Part shown: positions 36,365-47,186 of the stretch, one piece after another
Layout of the letters: each line of letters begins with the position of its first letter
Numbering within the stretch: position 1 is the first letter of the stretch
NCBI GenBank assembly: GCA_963816275.1
Contig: CAWFJU010000005.1
Span: 221,900-285,899, forward strand
DNA: 64,000 bases
Direction: 5' to 3'
Source of the DNA: an uncultured Actinomycetes bacterium
GTDB lineage: Bacteria; Actinomycetota; UBA4738; HRBIN12
Notes under the pieces: model-generated
Told to the model about the DNA's origin: nothing
The model's input: the letters and a program-made list of their open reading frames with translations, nothing else
Database searches by the model: none
Translations under genes and position numbers: made by a program

Positions 36365-37450
36365 GCGCGATCCGAGACCACCACCGGCCGTCGGCCTGCC
36401 GACGGGCGCGCCGGTCCTCGAGGTCGAGGACCTCCACGTGAACTTCGCCGGCCGCGTGGGCCTCATCGCGGGGCTCCGCGGCAAGAAGGCGACCGACGCC
36501 CGAGCCGTCGACGGCGTCGACCTCGAGGTCCGCAAGGGCGAGGTCCTCGCGCTCGCCGGCGAGTCGGGGTGCGGCAAGACCACGACCGCGCGCGCGATCA
36601 TGGGGCTGCAGGCGCCCGACGGCGGCGAGATCGGTTCGAGGGCAAGCCGCTCCCACGGCAACCTGAAGCCGTACCGGCGCAAGGTGCAGATGGTCTTCCA
36701 GGACCCGACGGCCACGCTGAACCCCCGCCAGACGATCTACGAGATCGTCGCCGAGGGCCTGCGCATCCACGGCATCACCGAGGCCCGAACGGCGAGACCG
36801 AGGAGCAGCTGGTGGCGCGGGCGCTCTCGCGCGCCGGGCTGCGGCCGCCCGAGCGCTTCTTCCTGCTCTACCCGCACGAGCTCTCCGGCGGCCAGCGGCA
36901 GCGCGTCGTGATCGCGGGCGCGCTCGTCCTCGACCCGAGGTCATCGTCGCCGACGAGCCGGTCTCGAACCTCGACGCCTCGGTCCGCGGCGAGATCCTCC
37001 AGCTGCTGATGAAGCTGCGCGACGAGCTCGACATCACGATCATCATCGTCACCCACGACCTCGGCCTGGCCTGGACGGTGGCCGACCGCGTCGCGGTGAT
37101 GTACCTCGGGCGCATCGTCGAGATCGGCCCCGCCGAGGAGGTGCTCCTGCGCCCGCTGCACCCCTACACGAAGGCGCTCCTCGACGTCGTGCCCGAGGCG
37201 GGCGGCATCGACCGGCCGATCCTCACGGGCGAGCCGCCGGACCCGACGCGGATCCCGAGGGGTGCCGGTTCCACCCGCGGTGCCCGGTCGTGGCGTCGGG
37301 CAAGGCGGCCGAGCTCGGGCATCGAGCCGCGTGCCGGGCGAGGACCTGGCGCTCGAGGAGATCGGCCCGGAGCACTTCGCCGCGTGCCACGCTCTCGGCA
37401 GCTGGGCGCTGAGGCGCACGCGACGATCGCGGCCGTCGACGCGGCGGTAG
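36354..37450 (+). pseudogene. Peptide ABC transporter ATPase (DppF/OppF-like), frame broken several times.
   Basis: VLEVEDLHVNF, GESGCGKTT, LSGGQRQRVVIAGAL, IVADEPVSNLD, IIVTHDLGLA and HPYTKALL lie collinear over three frames. The start is uncertain (GTG 36354 or ATG 36361). Confidence 0.7.
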
Positions 37451-37531
37451 CTCCCGAGCCGATCGCCGGCGTGACGGGCATCGGCGATGGCCGACGACGC
37501 GGACGTCGTGCCCGAGCCTGACCGTCCCGGT

Positions 37532-38172
37532 CTAGGACCGTCGCCCTCGGCTCCTCGGCGCCCTTGAGCACGCCGAGGATCGCCTCCATCTCGGTGTCCG
37601 CGACCTCGCGTCGCTCGGCACGTCCTTCGCCCGCGCGGCGGCCAGCAGCGTCCGCAGGTTCGATTCGGCCATCTCGGCGCGGCCCTCGAGCTCCTGCATG
37701 CGCTCGGCGAGGGCGCGCGCGCGCTGCTCGGCCTCGTCGCGGGCCTGTCGGGCGTCGCGCGACTCCTCGCGGGCTGGCGCGCAGGCCCGGAGCGTGGCGA
37801 CCTCCCGGCCGAGCTCGAGGAGCCGGTCGACCACCGCCCGGCCGAAATCGGAGTAGGCGGGCGACCCCGGGTCGCCGACGGCCGCGCCCGACGCGGCGGC
37901 CGTGGCCCGCGGCTCTCCGGGGCGCGCGCCCCACGGCCTCCCTCTCGCCCGGATCCACCGGGCGGTCGTCGAGCAGCCGGTAGGAGCCCATCGCCGGCTC
38001 GAGCCGCTTGCGGGCGATCAGCGCCCGAACGGCCCGCGCGGTCGACAGCGCATCGGGGAACCCGAGCTCGCGGCCGATCTCGGCCGGCGTCACGTCCAGC
38101 ACCTCGCCGACCGCCACGCGACGCGACCGGCCGCGAGGAACGCGTTCACGCGCTCGAGGCTCTCGTCGTTCA
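37532..38172 (-). pseudogene. Hypothetical protein with a wHTH-like N-terminus and a coiled-coil middle. Frame broken, 3' end uncertain.
   Basis: MNDESLERVNAFLAAGRVA / VGEVLDVTPAEIGRELGFPDALSTARAVRALIARKRLEP / VDRLLELGREVATLR...RARALAERMQELEGRAEMAESNLRTLLAAARA lie in successive frames. Confidence 0.35.
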
Positions 38173-38254
38173 TCCGTGGATCATGCCCGATTGCCGGACC
38201 GATAAGCCAAGGTGCGCTCCGGCGCATCCTCTCGCGGAACGGTAGGCTCAGCCC

Positions 38255-39412
38255 ATGACCGAGGAGCAGGGACCGGCGCCGCTCGCGGGCGTCCGCGTGC
38301 TGGACCTGTCGCGGGTCCTGGCCGGCCCGCTCGCGACGATGACGCTCGGGGACCTCGGGGCCGACGTCGTCAAGGTCGAGCGTCCCGTGGAAGGGCGACG
38401 ACACGCGACACTGGGGTCCGCCGTTCGCCGGCGACGACGCCGCCTACTTCCTGTCGCTCAACCGGAACAAGCGGTCGGTCGCGCTCGACCTCAAGACCCC
38501 GGAGGGCGTCGAGGCGGTCCGGCGGCTCGCGGCTGGCTCCGACGTGCTGATCGAGAACTTCCGTCCCGGGCTGATGGCAGGACCTGGGCCTTTCGCTCGA
38601 GGACCTCGCGCGCGGCGAACCCACGGCTCGTCACCTGTTCGCTCACCGCCTTCGGCGAGGACGCGCCGGAGGCGGCGAGCCGCCCGGGCTACGACATCAT
38701 CGTGCAGGCGCTCTCAGCGGGCTGATGAGCATCACGGGCGAGCGGGACGGCGAGCCGACGAAGGCCGGCGTCGCGCTGCTCGACGTCGTCACCGGCCTCT
38801 ACGCCACGATCGGGATCCTCGCGGCGCTGCATGAACGGCGAACGATCGGGCGCGGCCGCCACGTGAGCGTGTCGCTCTTCGACGCGGGCGTCGCCGCGAT
38901 GGTGAATCAGGCCGCCAACTACCTGATCGGGGGCGTCGTGCCGGTCGCGATGGGCAGCCAGCACCCCAACATCGTGCCCTACCAGGTGTTCCACGGATCG
39001 GACCGGCCGTTCATCCTGGCCGCGCGGGAACGACCGGATCTTCCGGCGGACGTGCGAGGTCGTGGGCCATCCCGAGTGGGCCGACGACGAGCGATTCGCA
39101 TCGAACCAGGCCCGGGTGGTGCATCGGGACGCGCTGGTCGGCCTGCTCGGCGCCGCGTTCGCCGAGCGCACGGCCGACGCATGGCTCGCGTCGCTCGAGG
39201 CGGCCTCGGTCCCGTGCTCGCCGATCCGCATGATGGACGAGGTGTTCGCCGCGCCGGAGGGCGCCGCGCTGATCCAGACGGTCGAGGACGCCCGCCGAGG
39301 GATGGCGCTCCGGCTCGTCGCCGACCCGATCCGGTTCGACGGGGAGCGCCTGCCGGTTCGGCTCCCGCCGCCCACGCTCGGCGCGGACGACGACGAGGTG
39401 CTCGGCCGATGA
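38255..39412 (+). pseudogene. Family III CoA-transferase (CaiB/BaiF/formyl-CoA-transferase-like), frame broken several times.
   Basis: [112 protein letters not shown]; collinear over three frames. Confidence 0.75.
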
Positions 39413-40239
39413 CCGCGCTCCAGGATTGGAGCACCGCGCTTCGCGCGTGGACGATCCCCCAGGCGATCCTCGAAGTCGCCACCGAGTCGCCCTACGGGTT
39501 CCCCGCCGAACTGTTCGCACGACGAGCGGTCACGGCCGCCGCCCGGGCGGAGGTCACGCCGACCACCAGGGTCGCCCTCGAGGCGCTCCCCGACGACGGG
39601 AGCGTCCTCGACGTCGGCGTCGGCGGCGGCGCGACCTCGATCCCGCTCGCCGGGCGGGCAGGGCTGATCGTGGGGGTCGATGGCTCGGCCGAGCTCCTGA
39701 CGTCGTTCCGGAGCGCGGCCGCGGAGGCCGGGGTCCGCGGCGAGACCGTGCTCGGCACCTGGCCCGAGGTCGCCGGCGACGTCGGGACCGTCGACGTCGC
39801 GGTATGCGGCCACGTGCTCTACAACGTGTGGGCGCTCGCGCCGTTCGTCGAGGCGCTGGACGGGCACGCCAGGGCGCGGGTCGTGCTCGAGCTGACGGAC
39901 CGGCATCCGCTGGCCTGGATGCACGACCTCTGGGAGACGTTCCACGGGCTCACGCGGCCAGAGGGTCCCACCGCAGACGACTGCGTGGCGGCGCTCGGCG
40001 AGCTGAGCATCGCGCCCTCGCGCGCCGAGCGCGCGCAGGATGGTGTCGGATGGTTCGAACGACGTGAGGACGCGATCGCGCTGGTCCGGCGTCGCCTGTG
40101 CCTGACCCCCGATCGCGATCCCGAGGTGGCCGACGCCCTGGGCGACCGACTGGTGGACCACGATGGGCGCTGGTCCGCCGGTCCGCCGAGCGGCCTCGTC
40201 GTCACCCTGTGGTGGGACCGGACAACGTCAGGCGGTTGA
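39409..40239 (+). CDS. Class I SAM-dependent methyltransferase.
   Basis: Motif I VLDVGVGGGATS. ATGA overlap with the CoA-transferase stop. Confidence 0.7.
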   Translation: MTALQDWSTALRAWTIPQAILEVATESPYGFPAELFARRAVTAAARAEVTPTTRVALEALPDDGSVLDVGVGGGATSIPLAGRAGLIVGVDGSAELLTSFRSAAAEAGVRGETVLGTWPEVAGDVGTVDVAVCGHVLYNVWALAPFVEALDGHARARVVLELTDRHPLAWMHDLWETFHGLTRPEGPTADDCVAALGELSIAPSRAERAQDGVGWFERREDAIALVRRRLCLTPDRDPEVADALGDRLVDHDGRWSAGPPSGLVVTLWWDRTTSGG

Positions 40240-40840
40240 CCGAACCGTACTCGCCTCGGCCGGCGTCGGCGGGCCGCGTGAAGCTCACCGTGACGGTCGC
40301 ACCGTCCTCGGCCGGCACCCGGAACCGCAGGAAGTTCAGGGTGTTGGTGAGCCCGCCGTAGTCCTTCGAACCGGGCGGCGTCCGCCCCGCCTCGCGGATC
40401 GTGAACACGAACGCCTGGCCGCGGAGCCGACCGGTCCCGGTGATCGCGAGCTCCTCCGACTGGAGCTGCGCCGTCGGGAAGTCGCACCGGAGCTCACCGC
40501 TCAGCCTCGCGGTCCCCTCGACGGTGACCGGGAGGAAGACAACGTCCTCGTCGGAGATCGCGACGTCGTCGGGCATGTGGACCACCAGGTTCAGCTCCGT
40601 CCTCCACGAGGTCGCGCACCGGCCACCCACCGGGAGGTCGTGCCACGTCCGGCTCGCCATCAGGGCTGGCCAGGTCTCGGTCGAGGGTCCATCAGGCCCT
40701 GGGGTCGCCGTCGAGCGGATCCCGGGGTCGTCGACCCCCGGCGGGAACGGATCGGTGTGCGCGGCGATCACGGCTCCCACGGCGGCGCACGCCAGGAACA
40801 CCGCGGCCCACGCCGCGACCTTCAGCGGGCGTCGTGACAC
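40202..40840 (-). CDS. Membrane-anchored or exported hypothetical protein.
   Basis: MSRRPLKVAAWAAVFLACAAVGAVIAA signal/anchor followed by a beta-rich domain. Its GTG start abuts the vWA stop (TAG then GTG). Confidence 0.6.
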   Translation of the reverse strand: MSRRPLKVAAWAAVFLACAAVGAVIAAHTDPFPPGVDDPGIRSTATPGPDGPSTETWPALMASRTWHDLPVGGRCATSWRTELNLVVHMPDDVAISDEDVVFLPVTVEGTARLSGELRCDFPTAQLQSEELAITGTGRLRGQAFVFTIREAGRTPPGSKDYGGLTNTLNFLRFRVPAEDGATVTVSFTRPADAGRGEYGSVNRLTLSGPTTG

Positions 40841-42778
40841 CTAGCGGCTCCGACGGGCAACGAAATCACGCATGACGAAGGCACCGAGGCGCTCATCATC
40901 CATCAGGAACACACGGCCGGCGGTCAGCTCCGCGAGGCGTTCCATGAACCGGGCGAGACCCTCGGACTCCTCGACCATGAAGATGTTCAGCCCGACGCCG
41001 GACCTCGAGAGCCGGACGGCCTCGGCGAGCGTGAGCTCGGACGGTCTCCGCCTCAGGCGGCCAGGCGAAGTAGGCCTCCCCGTCCTCAAGGTGGGCCGTG
41101 GGCTCCCCGTCCGTGACCATGATCACCTGTCTCGTGGCCCGCGGATGCTGCGCGAGCAGCCGGCCGGCCAGCATGAAGGCGTGCTGCATGTTGGTGCCGT
41201 ACGTGCGCTCGAATCCGGGCGCCGCCAGGTCCTCGGGTGACAGGCGCCGGGCGTAGTCGCTGAACCCGACCAGGTAGAGCGTGTCGTGCGGGTACCGGCT
41301 CTCGATCAGCGAATGCAGCGCGAGCGCGAGCTTCTTGGCGTGCACGAGAGTGCCCGCGCAGCGGCATCGAGAACGAGAGATCGAGCAGCAGCGCGGTCGC
41401 AACCTCCGTGCGCTGCTCGGCCTCCACGAGCTCGAAGTCGTCGGGATGGAGCCGGACCGGGTCCCCCGGCGCGGTGCGCGTGACGGCGTTCAGGACGGTC
41501 CGCTGGACGGCGATCTGCCCGTGGTCGCCGAACGTCCACGGCCGCGTCGCGCCCGTGGGCTCGGACGAGCCGCCCGGGTCCCGCGCCTCGTGCGCGCCCT
41601 CGCGGTCGCGCGTGAGCTCCTCGAAGATCCGCGTCAGGGCGCGCTCGCCCAGCTTGCGCGCGCCGCGGGGCGTGAGCTCGAGCCTGCCTCGGTTCCGCCG
41701 CACGAGACCCGCCTGCTCGAGCGTCCGTTCGATCTGCTTGAGCCGGCGAAGGTCATGCACCGCGGGGTCGCCCAGCGTACGGCGGAGCGCCTCCTCGTCG
41801 ACGTCGTCGATCGTGGCCCCCGGGTAGGCGCCCTCGAACGCCTCGTCGAGTTCCTCGTAGTCGTGGAGGCGTTCGAGCGCATCGACGGTCCCCGACATCG
41901 ACGCCGGTTCTTCTCCCTCGCCCCACGCCGGCTCACCCCACGGCAGCTGTCGGGAACGCGCCCGCGAGGTTGGCCCCGAGACGGTCCATCTCGAACGCCA
42001 GATCCATGTCCTGCATCACCTGGTCGCTCAGCGCCTGGAGCTCCGCGCGCTGCTCCGGACTGAGGGACGCCATCAGCCGGCTGAGCGCGGCCATGCGCCG
42101 CGCCATCTGCTCCAACAGCTCATCGAGCGTGTTCGGGTCGCCGGGCAACAGGTCGGCGTACCGGGCCTTGAAGTCCTCGAATGCCGGCTGGGTGTCCTCG
42201 CCCCGGGCCCGGGCCTCGATCAGGCCGTTCAGCTCGGCCACCATGTCGCGGATCCGCGCGAGTTGCTCCGGGGTCGCGTTCTTGAGGCCATCCACCATCG
42301 AGCGCATGTGGGCGCCCATCACCTGCTCCCGGATGTCTTCGAGCAGCCGGTCGAACGCCTCTTGCGCGCCCGGATCGACGAACCGGTACTCCTTCAGCTC
42401 GGCGATCCGGCCGGCCGTGTCACGGGGCAGCGCGTCGAGCTGCGACTCGCGGAACCGCGCGTCGTCGTCGTCGCGGAACGACAGTTCGGTCCGTTCGCGC
42501 TCGAGGATCTCGTCGAGCCGCTCCCGGATCTCCTCGAGTGGCCCCGCGAGGGTCAGCCGTGCCTCTTCCTCCTCCCGACGCTGCTGGAGCCGTTGACGCA
42601 GGGCGTCGAGTCCCGAGAAGCGGCCGCGCATCCCGCGGCGGAGGAGCCGCCGCAGCGCCGCATCAGCCTCGCCGCCCATGAGCACCTCGTCGGAGAGCTC
42701 CTCGAGGAGATCGGCCGCGGCGATGTCGGTCCCGAAGGGGTCCTGTGAGCCGTCCCACGCCGAGTATCGGTACCGCAT
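40841..42778 (-). pseudogene. vWA-domain protein of the COG4867/CoxE-like type, partner of the upstream AAA+ ATPase. Frame broken several times.
   Basis: MRYRYSAWDGSQDPFG..., long acidic coiled region, RLELTPRGARKLGERAL, vWA core TALLLDLSFSM (MIDAS-like D-x-S-x-S), LYLVGFSDYA, VIMVTDGEPTAH, tail NIFMVEESEGLARFMERLA; over ORFs 41933-42778, 41086-41898, 40896-41402 and 40841-41089. Confidence 0.7.
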
Positions 42779-42867
42779 CCGACCAGCCTACGCGCGTCGC
42801 GATGGAACCCCGCGACGGAACCGCGAGCCGGGGCGCCCCTCGGCGAGGCGTCGCACCGCTCGCGGGT

Positions 42868-43257
42868 TCAGCCGACGCCGAGCCCGGTCATCAGCCCGCG
42901 CAGCGTCAGCCCGAAACAGATGAACGCCGCCCAGGCGAACGGGACCCAGGGCTTCATCGGCTCGACGCCGGGCTTCACGTTCTGGCCCTCGCGAGCCACC
43001 ACGTGGGCGATCGCGAGCACCAGGAGCGGCCCGAATCCGTACACGAGATGGAGCCACGTGGTGGGTCGCCGGCCCATGAGCAACAGCACGATCCCCAGCA
43101 GCGCCTGCAGCCCGGCCACGACCTGCGCGACGGTGAGCCACCACCAGTACGCGTCGCCGGGCCCTCGCTTGGCGATCCAGGCGCCCAGCCCCCAGATCCA
43201 GCCGATCGTGAAGATCCCGACCACGACGAAGCCGACGAAGGCGTGGATGTCCGACAT
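42868..43257 (-). CDS. Small integral membrane protein (about 4 TM).
   Basis: 129 aa: FVGFVVVGIFTIGWIWGLGAWIA, YWWWLTVAQVVAGLQALLGIVLLL, LVYGFGPLLVLAIAHVV, WVPFAWAAFICFGLTLRGL. Sits between the AAA+ and vWA genes. Confidence 0.75.
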   Translation of the reverse strand: MSDIHAFVGFVVVGIFTIGWIWGLGAWIAKRGPGDAYWWWLTVAQVVAGLQALLGIVLLLMGRRPTTWLHLVYGFGPLLVLAIAHVVAREGQNVKPGVEPMKPWVPFAWAAFICFGLTLRGLMTGLGVG

Positions 43258-43268
43258 GCGGGGAGATC

Positions 43269-44675
43269 CTACGATCCGGCGGGGGCCGTGTACCGCGCCT
43301 CCCCGTCGCCGCCCGCCTTGTTCAGCCGACGCGACAGATGGAGCCCTTCCAGGGCGAACTCCAGCGCGCTCGCCGCCACGCCCGGGCTCTCCTCCTCGAC
43401 CCCGAGCCGGGCCAGCATCTTCGCCAGGCCGGGCAGATCGCCGAAGGCTCCGAGTAGCTCGCTCGCGGGCGTCAGGTCCGACGTCTCGAGGACGAATCCT
43501 TCGTCGAACCGACCCAGGAGGAACGAGAGGTCGGCGCCGGAGAGACGCCGGCGGAACACCTCGAGCTCCGCGGTCCGCAGGGCTCGCCCCAAGATCTCGG
43601 GTTCACGGCCTTCCTCGATCGTGTCGAACTCGATCCGGCCCTCGGATGACAGGAGCACCGCGTACAGGTCGCAGACGCGAGGCACGGCCTCCGGCTCCCC
43701 CGCGTGCGCGGCCCGGCGGATCGCGGACGCCTGGAGGGTCTCGAGGTTGCCGATCGAGTAGCGCACACTCACCCCGCTGCGGTGGTTCACGTGCGGCGAT
43801 CGCCGGAGCTCCTGCGTGAGGGCGGCCACGATCTCGGTCATGAAGACGGGCACGCGCACGGGGATCCCGGCGTCGGGGACCGCGGCCTCGTTCCCCATGA
43901 TGCGGATCTCCTGGGCGACGTTCTCGGGGTAGTGCGTGCGCACCTGGGTCCCGAAGCGATCCTTCAGCGGGGCGACGATCCGGCCTCGGTGCGTGTAGTC
44001 GTCGGGGTTCGCGGTCGCGACGAGGAGCAGGTCGAGCGGGAGGCGGATCCGGTAGCCGCGGATCTGGACGTCGCGCTCTTCGAGGATGTTGAACAGGGAG
44101 ACCTGGATCCGCTCCGGCAGATCGGGGAGCTCGTTGATCGCCACGATGCCGCGATGGGTCCGCGGGATCATCCCGTAGTGGATCGTCAGCTCGTCGCCGA
44201 GCGAGCGGCCCTCCGCCACCTTGATCGGGTCGACGTCGCCGATCAGGTCGCCCACGCTCGTATCGGGCGTGGCGAGCTTCTCCGCGTAGCGGTCATCGCG
44301 CGACAGCCAGCGGACCTCGACGCCGTCGGGATCGGCCGCGACGAGCTCACGGCATCGAGCGCAGATCGGATGGTACGGGTGGTCGTTGATCTCGCAGCCC
44401 GCGATCACCGGCACGGCATCGTCGAGCAGCTGCACGATCGCGCGGACGAGCCGCGTCTTGGCCTGCCCGCGCTCGCCCAGCAGGATCAGGTCGTGGCCGG
44501 CGAGGATCCCCCGTTCGATCGCGGGGATCACCGAGTCGTCGAACCCGACCAGCCCCGGGAAGAGATCCTCGCCGTCGCGGAGCTTGGCGAGCAGGTTCTG
44601 GCGGAGCTCCTCCTTGATCGTGCGGTCGGCGTAGCCGGCGGCGCGCAGCTCGCCGATCGTCGTGGCTCGGTCCAT
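43269..44675 (-). CDS. ChlI/Mg-chelatase-like AAA+ ATPase (COG1239-like).
   Basis: 468 aa from MDRATTIGELRAAGY: LILLGERGQAKT (Walker A variant), GIVAINELPDLPERIQVSLFNILEE (Walker B region), LLLVATANPDDY, APLKDRF. Confidence 0.8.
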   Translation of the reverse strand: MDRATTIGELRAAGYADRTIKEELRQNLLAKLRDGEDLFPGLVGFDDSVIPAIERGILAGHDLILLGERGQAKTRLVRAIVQLLDDAVPVIAGCEINDHPYHPICARCRELVAADPDGVEVRWLSRDDRYAEKLATPDTSVGDLIGDVDPIKVAEGRSLGDELTIHYGMIPRTHRGIVAINELPDLPERIQVSLFNILEERDVQIRGYRIRLPLDLLLVATANPDDYTHRGRIVAPLKDRFGTQVRTHYPENVAQEIRIMGNEAAVPDAGIPVRVPVFMTEIVAALTQELRRSPHVNHRSGVSVRYSIGNLETLQASAIRRAAHAGEPEAVPRVCDLYAVLLSSEGRIEFDTIEEGREPEILGRALRTAELEVFRRRLSGADLSFLLGRFDEGFVLETSDLTPASELLGAFGDLPGLAKMLARLGVEEESPGVAASALEFALEGLHLSRRLNKAGGDGEARYTAPAGS

Positions 44676-44712
44676 GCCGACCAGGGTAGTCGGGTTCCCC
44701 GATAGGGTCGGA

Positions 44713-45159
44713 TCAGACCGAGTCGAGGTCCTCGTCGAGGTGCTCGCGATCCTCGGGATCGGCCACGGCCTCGGCCGCCACCCGGGCTTGCGCGAGCCGA
44801 CGATCGCGCTCGGACTCGTCGCCTGCCACGGCGGCGGCCCGAGCGAGCGCCTCGTACGCGTACGCGAGATCGAAGTCGGCGATCCCGTGCTCCCGGCAGA
44901 TCTCGAGACAGCGCTCCCCGTGGAACCGCGCGGGCTCGGCCCGGCCGAGGATCGCGTAGACGCGGCTGACCTGCCACTCCCCTCGCGCGAGGTTGACCGG
45001 TTCGCCGACCTGGGCCCAGTGATGTCGCGATGCATGCGCCATGTGGAGCATGCTGAGGTCCTGGTCGGGGGATCGTTCGGCGGTGTCGATCAGCTCCCAG
45101 GTCGTGTTGAAGAGGTCGACCGCGAGCTGTCGTTCGAGCGCGGGATCGAGCGGTGCCAC
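44713..45159 (-). CDS. Helical (TPR-like) hypothetical protein.
   Basis: 148-aa ORF with balanced composition (LFNTTWELID..., GEWQVSRVYAILGRAEPARFHGERCLEICREHG). Same strand, 37 nt upstream of the AAA+ gene. Confidence 0.6.
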   Translation of the reverse strand: MAPLDPALERQLAVDLFNTTWELIDTAERSPDQDLSMLHMAHASRHHWAQVGEPVNLARGEWQVSRVYAILGRAEPARFHGERCLEICREHGIADFDLAYAYEALARAAAVAGDESERDRRLAQARVAAEAVADPEDREHLDEDLDSV

Positions 45160-45221
45160 GGCCGTAACGCTAGCGGTTCGTCCGGGCCGATGCTGTCGGG
45201 CGCCGCTGATAGGGTCGCCGA

Positions 45222-47161
45222 GTGACGACCCCCGCCGCGATCCTCGAGGGACTGAACGACGCCCAACGCCAGGCCGCGATGGCCGTGCGAGGACCGGTCG
45301 CGATCCTCGCGGGGGCCGGGACCGGCAAGACGACCACGATCACCCGGCGCATCGCGTACCAGGTGGCGACCGGGACGTTCCCCGCCGAGCGGCTCCTCGC
45401 GGTGACCTTCACCGAGAAGGCCGCCCGGGAGTTGAAGGAACGGCTCGGCGCTCTCGGCGTCAGCGGCGTCGAGGCCCGCACGTTCCACGCGGCGGCGCTC
45501 TCCCAACTCGGCCGGCTCTGGGAACGCCACACGGGGGAGCCGCTTCCCGATGTGCTGCCCTCGAAGGCGCCGCTGATCGCCTCGCTCGCGAACTCGCTCC
45601 CGCCGCCGCACAGGTTCATGCCGCGGAGCGAGCTCGCCGGCGAGATCGAGTGGGCGAAGAACCGCATGATCCCATGGCGGCGATACCTCGCCGAGGTCGA
45701 CCGGCTCGGCCACACCCCTCCGATCCCGGCCGAGCTCATGGCGGGGGTGTTCGAGGGCTACGAACGCCGCAAGGAGCGTGCCCGCAAGATCGACTTCGAG
45801 GACATGCTCGGGATGTCGGTGCTCCTCTACCAGGAGTACCCGGAGGCGGCCGCACAGGTACGTGCGGCCTATCAGGCGTTCACGGTGGACGAGTATCAGG
45901 ACGTGAACCCGGTGCAGCAGGCACTGCTCGAGGCGTGGCTCGGTCACCGGAGCGAACTCTGCGTGGTCGGCGATGACTACCAGACGATCTATTCGTTCAC
46001 GGGCGCCTCACCCGACTACCTCCTCGGGTTCCCGCAACGCTTCCCGGGGTCGACGATCGTGCGGCTCGAGGAGAACTATCGGTCGACGCCGCAGATCCTC
46101 ACCGTGGCCAACGGGCTCTCGCCGCAGCTCGGCGGCTTCGAGAAGCACCTGCGCCCGACGAAGCCCGATGGACCCAACCCGACCGGCCGGGCGCTCCCCG
46201 ACCCCGACGCCGAGGTCGCGTTCGTGGTGGCCGAGGTGCGGCGCCTGCACGACGACGGCACGCCGTGGGAGGAGATCGCGATCCTCTATCGGATCAACGC
46301 ACGCTCCGAGGCGTACGAGGAGGCCTTCGCCGACGAAGGGGTCCCGTACCAGGTGCGCGACGGCGCCTTCCTCCGGCGGCCCGGGCCTCGGTCGGTCCTC
46401 GCCGCGCTCAGACGGCCGGAGAGCGTCGACGCGCAGGTGGCGGTCGAATCGGCCACGAACGCCGTCGGCTTCGACCCGAACGCCGATCCCGACGACGCCG
46501 AGGAGGTCACGCGGCAGGCCGACCTCGGGCGCCTCCGTGTGCTCGCCGCCGAGTACGTGGTCGCACACCCCGACGGCGACGTGGCCGGGTTCGTCGCCGA
46601 GCTGTCCGCGCGGTTCAGCACCGAGCAGAGCGGCCGGGGCGTGAACCTACTGACGTACCATCGCGCCAAGGGTCTCGAGTTCGACGCGGTCTTCCTGCCG
46701 CGGCTGCTGGATCGAGAGCTGCCGTTCCGCTCACAGAAGTCGACCGCCGATCCCGAGGAGGAGCGCCGGCTCTTCTACGTGGGGATCACGCGCGCGCGAA
46801 TGCACCTCTACCTCTCGTGGCCGCGCGAGGCGCGGTCCGAGCCCAGCCCGTTCCTCCGCGAACTGGGGATCGTCGCAGCGCCGGCGCCGGCCGCGACCGG
46901 GGGACGCGCCGAGCTGCCGGCCCGTCGGTCGGCGCGATCGGGGGCGGGCCCCTCTTCGATCGGCTCAGGGAGTGGCGACGTCGTCGAGCCTCCGCCGACG
47001 GGGTACCGGCCTACGTGATCTTCCACGACAAGACCCTGGCCGAGATCGCCGAGCGCAAGCCGGGCGACTGGGCCGACCTCGCCGCGGTCCCCGGGGTGGG
47101 GCCTGCCAAGCTCGAACGCTACGCCGACGAGATCCTCGGGATCGTGGTCAGCGGCGAGTAG
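45222..47161 (+). pseudogene. UvrD/PcrA-family SF1 DNA helicase with a C-terminal HRDC-like domain (UvrD2-like). Frameshift before the last domain.
   Basis: LNDAQRQAAMAVRGPVAILAGAGTGKTTT, FTEKAARELKERL, VDEYQDVN, LEENYRST, LLTYHRAKGLEFDAVFL, YVGITRA. The tail PLFDRLREWRRRRASADGVPAYVIFHDKTLAEIAE...VPGVGPAKLERYADEIL is in the frame of ORF 46265-47161. Confidence 0.8.
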
Positions 47162-47186
47162 CGCCCGGAGATGCCCGCTCGCGGAC

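Noticed and set aside
42795-42830. Direct repeat CGCGATGGAACC / CGCGACGGAACC containing GGAAC, resembling ECF -35 boxes.
   Set aside because: It lies on the plus strand with no downstream plus-strand gene (the flanking genes are on the minus strand), and no matching -10 element is present at the right spacing.
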